A stretch of DNA of 64,000 nt from Paraspadella gotoi (lineage: Eukaryota; Animalia; Chaetognatha): positions 7,332,494 to 7,396,493 of the forward strand of contig CM119263.1 of assembly GCA_051294375.1 (NCBI GenBank), in the 5' to 3' direction. This document shows positions 26,759 to 37,646 of this stretch, in pieces. Positions within the stretch are counted from its first letter, which is position 1. Each line of letters starts with the position of its first letter. The notes beneath the pieces were generated by a model. The model was given only the letters and a program-made list of their open reading frames with translations. It ran no database searches and was not told the DNA's origin. The translations under genes were made by a program, and so were the position numbers.

Positions 26759-29700
26759 GTGTTTAGATAAATTACAAGATCGAAATCACGGCAAAAAAAA
26801 AAAAAAAAAAAAACGGCTAGGAATATAAGAAGTTAGTTAAACATGTCTTAACAAAAGTAAAGAGAAAGACTGTGAGGAGCTGAACAATTAACAGACTTGA
26901 CAAACTTTATCGTTAGTAATTTATTACGCAATGTTTGAAAACTTATCCAAAATCTATATGTTAATTAAATAGCTCTGCTCACTGTTCCATTGGCTAGTTG
27001 GCAAAAGACAAAAATAATTTTTCCAAATATTTCGTTATTCATTTCGATGGCCATCGACCAATCCTTCAAGTTTCTAATTCTTAGTCCGGATTACTTTTTT
27101 ATAGATTTGAGTTAAAAAGGTAGAAGGTAGAATACTTCATCCGGATTAAGACACGCGATGTGAAAGGAATTCGATCGTTGACGTCACCCTTCAGAAATAA
27201 CACTTTCAAATAATCACTTTATTTATTAACGACTGATATTGTTTAAAATAATTAACCAGCCAATGACGTCACGGCAATACTAAAAATTTAACCAATGACG
27301 TCACAGCAAACCACAAAATTTCAGCCAATGAAAATGGTTTACGGGAATTTTTCAGAGCGAACGACCCCAGAAGACTATTAAAATACTCGACATCGAAAAC
27401 GTAACTAATGAAATTTTTCAACTGATGAAATTGAAACCATTTTTTTCGAAGAAAAATAGCCTTCTCGCGCCATCCTTCCCTCTGAAAAAGAATCCCGATT
27501 TGCCACTCACGCCTCAGCGTCGTCAGCGCGTTGTTCCGCGCGCTCCAGGTCGACCTCCAACATTGCCAGGCGCCTGGACGCCTGTCAATCACCAAAACGA
27601 GTGTGAGAAATAAGCTAATATTTAAACGAATAGGCGTGCAAGTAAGGAAGAAGCTGCAAACGACAATAACTATAATTTAATTCTTACGTTTGCGGTCTCC
27701 TTCGTGGACGTGCCAGGTTATCTAGATGTGTCGGCTTATCTAGACGACGTGCAGTGATGCGGAAAACGAAAAATGTGACGCTATTGCTAAACGGAAAAAA
27801 ATACGCGAAAGAACGTGCAAAAATAACGAGGCGTGCAAATTCTCCGAAGGTTTTTTTGTTTTAACCAAGAACTTGATTGAATTCTATGGATTGTTAGAGT
27901 CTCGTAAAAACAGAATATAACAGTGAAAACTTAAAAACTATAAATCGTCCCACTCATGACAACTTGCCGCATAATTCGAGTGGGCGGTGGTCGTCAAAAC
28001 GCGAGCATGCGAGTACATTTTTTTTCGCTGATAATTCTTTCCAAGATGCTCTTCATTTTTAAAACATTTATTTCGTCGGTCAAAAATCTGAGTCGGCACA
28101 GCAAATTTTTTTTGACATGCTATTAGTGTCTTTTTTAGCCAGCCTTGATGCTGCATTTTCTGTGTGGGTTCTTTGCGAGTTTTTACAACAGATCGCTCGT
28201 TGGCTTTTAATTTTTCTAATATCAAAAACTAAAGAGGTGCTTAGGTTTTTCCGTGCTGCGAGTTTCACCTCAAAAATTTACTAATTTTAAACAATTGATA
28301 CTTATACTAAAAAAACTTTCAAATTAAAAATAAGTTGAGTGACTGTACCTCTTTCACTAAAGGGTATAAGATTAGGGACGGATCGTCCGAGAGACACTCT
28401 TCCTTAATCGTTTCTAAGGAATTTGAGCCTGAGGGAAACTCCTGTCCTTCCTTGTCTCTCTCACGTAAATGGGACGTTGTCCTGCGGAAGAATGGATCCG
28501 CTTGAATGAGATCAACTCGATCGAATTTTATTCTTTCAAATAAATTTTGTATTTCCTAATATTTATAATTTTGGATTATTTTTGGTAAATTTCGGCTGAA
28601 GAAAAAAAAAACTCGCAACAGGAAACCCCTATACGGGATGCTGTCTCAAAAGAGGCAATGAGCTGCACGTAAAATAAGCGAACAGGCCGGCTTTGCGCAC
28701 GGCCCATGACGAAGAGATTTGGGGAAGAGACGATGCTCGGACGCGGCTCCGTCCATTGGCGTCTCTAAAACGGTTCCCCTAACGCCTAACCTCGTCGTAT
28801 TTTCTGTCAGAGTCCTCGGCGATCATCTGCGCCTCTTGAAGGGAGAGTTCCAACGCGGCGATGCGCTCGTCATTTTGGAAGCTCAAGTTCTCAAGCACTT
28901 TGCGACCTCTGACGAGTTAGGGACGGGGTGTTTTGTTTTTGTTTTTTGGATAAAGGGAGAAGCGTAGCAAAAAAAACTCAGCGAGGCAAAAATAATTGCA
29001 ATTACTAAAACGCTCCCGACTGTCCCACTCCCCCATTACTCAGATTTCTATTGCATTCGAAAGATCTAGCGTTGTAGACCGAAAAAAAAAGATTAGTTGT
29101 AACAAGAATTACAATAATATTAGTCAAACGAAAAAAATAACCCTAAAATTTCGTGCCAAACGCGCGATATTAAAGCCGGCACAACCCACAGAGAAACCCA
29201 CTGGCGAGAAACATCAAGACTGCGACCTTAGTTTTTTCTTCTGTGCTCTACAAAACTCGATCCGTTTCACACTCCGAAGCTTTGGCGTCCTTTAACTACA
29301 AGTTAGTCAGCTATTCCGTCCGAAAGCTTGGAGACAAGTACTGACTCCTGTCTCCAATGGATACCTCGTCGTATTTTCGATCTGAATCTTCCGCGATCAT
29401 CTGAGCCTCCATCAATTGAGTCTCCAGAGAAGCGATGCGCTCCTCATCCAAGAAGCTTCGGTTTTCTAGAACCTTGCGTCCTCTGATGGAGACACGCCAA
29501 ATTAAATGTAGAACTCGGGAGGGAAAAATTGACTCATTAAATACACTAGCAATTATGAAGATATCTTATTAGGTCAGTCTCAAGCTCAAAGAACTACATT
29601 TTCTTTAGATTTAACAGAATATCAAGATTTGTACATCAAGAACGGTCCCAATGATAAGCCACATTTCACTCACTATTTTATAACTAATGCTGTCAGAAAA

Positions 29701-32700
29701 TGTCGAATAACCTGCGAAAAATTTGTCAGCCAAATAGAAATATTTTTATTAATTAATTTTATAATCTCAATATTGGCTGCATGCGGATAAAACGCCTTTT
29801 ACTCTTATAAGCATATACTCCATGAAAGATAGTTTAGACTTTTTGTTTTACATGCTGGTTTCCCAACTATGTATGATTAAGGATTTGAGTTATTTGTTTG
29901 TCGTGAAATCAAATAAGATTCATCATGTAGAAAAAACTAAAATAATTATTAACTTTTTGCTGTCCCAGAATTACAGAAAGAAAAGGGAGATTGAAAGAAA
30001 AAAAATTTGGATGGGAAATTAAAAAGAAAACTAGGTAGGAGAGAAATTTTTTTTTCCATTTAAGATTTAGAACAATTTAACTGAAAAGAAGAAAAATTAT
30101 AAGGAAGGGAGACAATAATTGAGAAGAATCACTTCAGAGTGAGAAAGGAAAATAAATAGAATAAATAAATAAAATAAATAAAATAATAGAAGAGATAAGG
30201 AGGAAATCCTCTACCTCCTCGTATTTTTTGGCGGAATCTTCAGCGATGACTGTCTTTTTCTGAATTTCTGCATCCAAACTCGAAATCTGTTCTTCCAAAG
30301 CGTCATTCCGTTTGTCCAAAACTTTTCGCGCTCTAAGTATTTCAGTTTTGGGTTTTGAAAAAATTTATAATAAAAATATACCTTATTCCATTCAATCATC
30401 ACCCTTGGTTTTTGGTCATTAAAGTTAGTTCACCAATTGTTCAAGTGTAAATCAAAGCACCGTTGAAGCTGTCGACATGTATGCTTAGATTAAATTGAGG
30501 GATAGTGGTTTGGCCCCAAGAATTTCGCTAAAGATACCAGTGTGAAAACGTAGATTGGTATAGATTTGGAGAAAGCAAGGGATGCGAATTACTAATGGCC
30601 ATTAGAAAGGGCCTTCACTGTACCTCTTGATATTTTTTGTCTGAATCTTCTATTAATTGTTTTGAATCTTTGAGTTGAATCGCAACTGCCTCAATTTCAT
30701 CCTCATGTATGCGAGTAGTTTTTTCCAAATTTCTCCTTCCCCTACAATAATTATAATAACCATGTTGCACATTCAATAATCAGTTTTGTATTAGTATACC
30801 TTCAGGTAGAACTTAACGATATATAGCTAATGCTAAAAGAAATTAAACAATGAATAACAATTAAGCAAAATAAAAAAGAAAATCTCGGACGAAAATAGAA
30901 ATGAATCGATACGTAGCGGACAAGGAATACAATGTACAAGGAATACAAGGTATATAATGTAAGACTGAATCTGGTGCTTGTCTGTGTGTTCATGCAGTGC
31001 TGTAGTGAATGAGTTGGAAAAGAAAATAGGAGATTCTTTGCTTTACTGCTAAGTAACAATGCGACGTCTGCACTAACTGCATCATTAATACCACATACCT
31101 CTTCATACTTTCTATCACTTTCTTCTGCTATAAATTTGGCCTCTTTTAGTTGAGAGCACAAAATATCTATTCGATCTTCCAATATTTGCGAGCCGTTATC
31201 CAACAGCTTGCGTTGCCTTGGACAGTAGTAAAGGATTTCAAGTGACAGAGTTAGATAATGATAAAAAAAAGAAACAATTAATTTTTTTTTTCTCGAACGC
31301 TGAATCAACAACGAAGCATTAAGCTTTGGACATTCAGACATAAGTCATTTACTTGTACCAGTCTGACAACTGAATCAGATAAAAGGGAAATAATATCAAT
31401 CCCACATCCGTCCACGTACCTCTCGGACTCGTCGGCGGCTTTTGACGCTTCCTCCAGCTTCTCCGACGCGATCTGAAGACGCTCTTCGGATCTCTCCAAG
31501 TCCTCCTCAACCAACTGGCATCGGCGTTGAAGAGCGGAGACCTCGCCCTCGGCCTGGAGTGGGTTGTGGCAGGGAAGATTGGATGTTTGGAGATAAGGGA
31601 GGGGAGAGGAACGAAATAGGTTGAGGATGAATTTTTTTTTTCATAAGGTTTACTTCTACAGACAAAATTTCAATGTGCTGCTTTGACAGTTCCGATTTAA
31701 AAAGTCGGTCCTCGTTTCCAATTTGATTAATTTTCGTCTTTCTTACTTTCTTCTCTTTTCTGTCTGTTTTCTGTCAATCGACGCTCTTTCACAAAAACTA
31801 CGCGAAAACCGAATAAAGAAAATAAAAAATTCAAAAGGATTTGGTGACTTAGGACTTTTTTATTTATTCCTCTCTTTAATCCCTTTATGTCTCTCTTCAA
31901 AAAAATAGTCAATCTTGCAGTTCTTATCATAATCATTTCTATAAGGTTTTACCAGAATTTTAAGAGATGAAAATCTTGGGTTTAAATTTAGGAAGGTTCT
32001 GCTAAATCTGCGGGAATATTAATTTTCTTTACTTCGAGTCGATCTCGGCAATAAACTCTGAAATCGCGAGCTGTTTATCCTTGAAGGAGGTCTTATAAAC
32101 ATTCTAGGCTTTTTATTCAAGATATACCAAGTTCTAAATCCCTGTCGCGAAGGAAAACTGCCACAAAAAAATAAGAACCGAGATTGAATTTCGATTCGAT
32201 TCTTTAACATCAAAAAAAAATTCCGAGCCAACAAGTCATGTCACAGAGTCGAACAAATATAGTATTGATCTTTAAAAACATTACCTCAACAGAAGCCAAA
32301 TCTAATGTAAGGAAACAAACTATATTCAATTCATAATATTCCGATTGGTGGATTTAAAATCTAGTGGCTAAGGGTGGGCAGATTCACGACGCAGAAGAGA
32401 TTTATTTTCAAAGAAAATTTACAAAAAATTGAGGAAATTGAAGAAAAAAGAAAGAAAAATGATGAAAAGGAAGGAAAAGTTTTTTTCAAGATTAAAACCG
32501 AATGATTGGGTTAGTAACGATCTCCAGTAATTATATAGCGAGCCTTTAGAATGCTAAACGGAAATAACCGAGAAACTCTTGCAGTTTATTGCTGCATATT
32601 TTCTTAAAGAGCCAACTATGCCGACTCAATTCACAATACACGATAGACTTGATTTTCTACAACTATTTTATCATTTTTATTCCCCGCCGTCCACTAACAG

Positions 32701-34566
32701 CAAATCACTGCAGCATTTTTAAATCACTACTGCCGCAGAATCTTCAATCTCTTTCACTCATCCTTTTCGTTCCAAAAAAGAAATTCTTAAACTGCGTTCG
32801 CCAGAAAATCGTTTATCACCAAAGAAAAAAAGAAAAAATCTCATTTCGGTTAAAAAGATCATAAAAGAAAAAAATATAAGGAAATTCAAAACTTTACTGA
32901 CGAGTTTTTCTTTCACAAAAGCGAAGAATCTAAGTTCTCGAATCGCTGATAAAGTAAACAACGTGGTTCACTCAAGTTCGGAAGTTGACTGATCAAGACA
33001 AAAAAAAAATATTCGATAGGATTTATAATTTTTTTTTCTATTGGTTAGAATAAAAAGGATCACAATCGGAACAATGAGTGTAGTTAAGAAACAAACTTAA
33101 CTTAAAAATGACCCGAATATTCTAACAAGAGTAAGTAATCTCGCAAGCGGACAACTACGACGACCACAACGACGATTTACGGAGGAGAACTGGGATTCTA
33201 ATCTAGAGGGAAACGAAGGGAGGAGAAATCAAGCTTCGGGTTGAGATGATGATGATGATGATTCACAACGATGTTTGGACAACGTGATAAAATCGCCACG
33301 GAACTGACAACGAAAATAGTTCGGCTTTGGACGGAAATGGAAACGTTGAAAGAGGTTCACAAACACCATCCATTACCATGATTGAAGATCAAATACATTA
33401 ATTTGACCAAAAAAAACTATGACAGAAGAGAAAAATGACATTAAACAAGCACAGTGACTAAAACAGCAAAACGACGGGAGGCTGCAGAAAAAGAAACTAA
33501 ATCCCAGTGACTTAATATAAGGAAAGTGTAACCCTGAAGACGATTTATGACGGATGAGCCGACGGTAAACAACCTCAATTTCATAATATTTAAAATCTCA
33601 ACGCTAGGGAGGAAAAAAAATCGAAGGGCGTTGTTAGTAATTCATTAGCTTGGTTATGAACACTTGGGTTATCATTCCAGCTGTAGAAGTAATAAGCAGC
33701 GTTCAATTTTTTTATTATTACCTAAAAGTAATTCTAAACTAACGTTTCACAGATAAAGAAAAATTTGATTTGGCCGTGAGGAGATACATTCACCCGGAAC
33801 CCAGTTGACCCCATTTTTCGTGCACCCAGACAAGCATCACTCTCGAAGGCACCTGCTTCCCCTTCCCCTTAACGAGCAGCGCCACTCGAAACAAGCGAAG
33901 GGGTCGTCAAAACGAGAGGAAATCGAGACCCAGAGAAAAATTACAGGGAGCGACATTGACTTTAATTGAAGCATTAAAAATAAAGATGAAACATTTACAA
34001 CTTCATTTAAATACTCATTGTCTGTAAATTAGAAGAATCGTTAGTAAAAAAGTAACTTTGCAACTGATTTGTGTCCTTTTTAGAAAGCTTTAGTAAAAGA
34101 CAACTTAAGTCTTATTTAAAATAGTCACGAGGAAAATGACTTAATTCAAGCGATGGGTCAAACCGCTTTCTCCGACCGAATAGTGTCAATAACTGAATAT
34201 ATCCGAAAAACAACTAAAAGGGACCGGGGCGCGGAGAGATAAAGGAAGAGCGATTGACCGAGTCTCGAAATAGGGACGGTGGATACCCTAATTTCTGATC
34301 CGTCACGATGGAAGGATGCAGTGCAGAGTCGAAAGCGTCACAATCATTTCGACTCCGGGGATTAAACGAGATTTTCTCGGTGGCAAAGAGCGAAAGCAGA
34401 TTTCCTCTTCCCAGAGAAGAATTTCCACGGATTCGAAAGACGATTGTCTTTCTCGCAAAAAGAGAAAGAAAAAGAGAAAAAATCCAAAAGTCCTCCGCCA
34501 CCGCCGCCGAATCACTCGAGATTCGTCAGCCAAAATCGCGAAAAGGTTAGGCGCTGTCTGTCGTCC

Positions 34567-34610
<44 letters not shown>

Positions 34611-37593
34611 AGATCCGTCCGGTTCCACCCTCGATGAATGTTCCCGTCGGGCCGTTAAGCGTTATCTCCGGTTATGATCTCGGGATCGATTTTTTTTCAG
34701 TTGAAACAAAATCGTTTACATATTTTAGTGACGTAATATGAATAGTAAAGCGTTCTGTTTCGCTAAGTTTAATGCTCAAAAATGCAAAGTCCACTTTTGC
34801 CTAGCTTTCGAAAATGAACGTAAAATAAAATTTCAGAAAAAAATATCAAATATCTCGGCTATAATAAAATATGGACGAAGTACCGGAATATAGGGGTTCG
34901 ATTAAATGCGTCAACTATAAAATCTGTATTTAAGACTAGGAATTCTACAAAACACAGACCAGAGGGGAAAAAAGGGTGGGTTATACAATAGGCCAAAATG
35001 AGGGCGATAAAAAGATAAACGATAAAAAAAAATAAAAGCTTTTTTACACTAAAAAAGTGACGGTTGTCCAAAACTTCGTAGCTAATCAGATGAAGAGAAA
35101 AAAAAAAGTCGGAAAAACGAGGAAAAGACCGGAAAAGTCATTCCAAGAGAAAAAGGGAAAAAAATTACTACATATCTGATTCATTTCGCTTAACCTCCAA
35201 GAAAAAATATATAGGGGACAATTAAAAGTGTATGGTATAGTGCACTTAGTTTAAAAAACAAACGCGTTTATCAATCAATGTAAAGAGAAGCAGCGGTTCA
35301 CGCCTAAACAAGGAAAATAAATTGTGTCGACTGAGCTGAGACAATACCGAAGGCGAAGTATCGATGCTGGCAGAGTTGATAACATCGCAACATTTTGGCC
35401 GACCCGGCATAAATTAGATTGGATGGAAGGCTCACGCCCCGCCCTGTCATCGGTTTACCTTTTCCTTGGCCTTCTTCTCATCGTCTGCGATCTGATTGGC
35501 CTTATCGAGCTCCTCCTTGGTTTTGTCCAACTCGTCACGAAGTTCGTTGATCTTTTTCTTCACTTGGTTGGAAATATTAGCTGCGTTTTGCGTTTGGGCG
35601 CTCATTGTTTCTGGAGTCGTAGTTTGAGCGTTCGTGTACAAATATTCGAAATCGCGAGGATTTTCTCTTTTTTTTTTCCCTTTGGATGTCAGTCGCGCCT
35701 CCGAATTTATTGTGTCAGAAATGTTTTTTTTTTCTTTCGTTCAGTTGCGATTTATAGAGAATAATGAGCGATTTTTTAATTCTTTTTGCGAATTCTGATA
35801 AAAAAAAAACCGACACTGGTTTCGTCGGAGAAAGGGATCTGTTCCCGTCTATCACACCACCCAAGATCGAGAAATGCTGCCTGCGTGCGTGCGTGTGACG
35901 AAGTGCGTGGGTCTCTGCGTGCGAGCGTAGAATCTCGAAGGACCACTGACATAACTGCGGCGCAGCAGCCGCTTCACCGAGGCAGCTCCGCTGCGTCTCC
36001 GGCACCGCGACGAGAATAGAAAAGTAGTTCCTTCCCCACCGTCTCATTGTGCGGAATGCGACGTACAATATTTTGTGTATGGGACGAAGTTGGATATTCT
36101 TATTCTAACTAGTTTTTTTACATTTATTAAAAATCGATATTAAATGGTTATTTATAAGACGCAAACACTTCAGTTCCCACATTATTTCTAGTGGTGCGAA
36201 TCGGAAATTGAACCTCGACGGAAAAACGGAGAAGCAAAAACAAAAGGCGGGACACGCACGGGAGATTCAATTAAACGACCAGACGTCGGAAGGGACGGGC
36301 TCGGGAGGGCCTTGCCCTTTTCGGAGGAAAAAACATGAGTCAATAGGAGATATTTTAAGCAAAGTTTAATGGACGAATCTATTTAATTATCTTGTTAATC
36401 TTGTCTTGGGATTTCGTTTTAGAAAAAATTTAAAAATACGCTACAGTACAGAACAGGTTGTTACCAACTTTCATTGATTGATTGTTTGCAGCAAATAAGT
36501 TGTTAAAACCGGTTTCTATTTTCCTGGGAATGACCGTCAAGAGGACGCTGACCGAGAATTGTCCTCAAAACTTAATCGCAAGGCGAGGATTCCTGGCGCA
36601 CGACGGAATGGAAGCATCGATTCTGTTTTATCAAATTCGATTAAGTCCAATTTGTCTCAATTTCCGACCGACAAAAAAACGAGGATGAGTCGAGAGAGTA
36701 TCGGCTAAGTTGACGCCTTGAGTCGGTTAATTACGTGACGTCAATCAAAGAATTCATTTATTTTAAATTTTATTAGCAAGGTAAATTAGTTTAGTCTATG
36801 TATGCAGGATAAAATGTACATTGATATATTCGCCCTTTATAATGTTACAAACCAATTTTATTTTTATTGGACGGCCTCGTTTGATGATTTTCATTTATTA
36901 TTCAGACTATTCACAACACCTCTTTGGTTATTTTCAATTGTAATAAAAGTTTCTTCCCGATTTTTTTTTCGAGCCCCAGATGACGAGACATTAATTTTTT
37001 TTTTTTTTAAAGAACGACCTCTTCATTTATGACGGAAAAGGCATTTTCTAAAAGTCCAAATATTCTTCCTTACATTTTATGTATTATGTACTTGATCAAA
37101 TTAAATGCATTAAAAAATGTCATATGATTTTTTAACTCCTCATGTTTTCAAATTATTTTTTATCGTACAACTTAAAAAGAACCGAAACGAAATAAGTTGA
37201 TAAAGAGAGAAAAGACAAGCGACCCCGAACTGACAACTGACCTCAGCGACTTGTTTGTTGGCCGATTCGAGATTGGTGTTGGCGGTGGAGAGGTTCTCCG
37301 CCGTCGTGTCCAGGTCGTTCTCCACCTGTTGGATCTTCTTGTTCAGGGAGTTGATCTCATCGTCGCGCTTAAGGTAGGGAAAAAAAACTTTTAGTTTATG
37401 GAGGGCTCTCGCTCTCTATCTTTTTTTTTTTCTTTTCTTCTTCTTCTTTCTTCTTCTTCTTCTTCTTCTTCTTCTTCTTCTTCTTCTCTTCTTCTTCTTC
37501 TTCTTCTTTTTCTTCTTTTCTTTTCTTTCTTCTTTCTTCTTTTCTTTCTTTCTTTTCTTTCTTTTCTTTCTTTTTTTTCTTTCTTTTCTTCTC

Positions 37594-37646
<53 letters not shown>

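Noticed and set aside
33794-33814. Mini first exon MGSTGFR|gtgaat in phase with exon 3
   Set aside because: Only 7 codons with a mediocre donor; not distinguishable from chance without transcripts.
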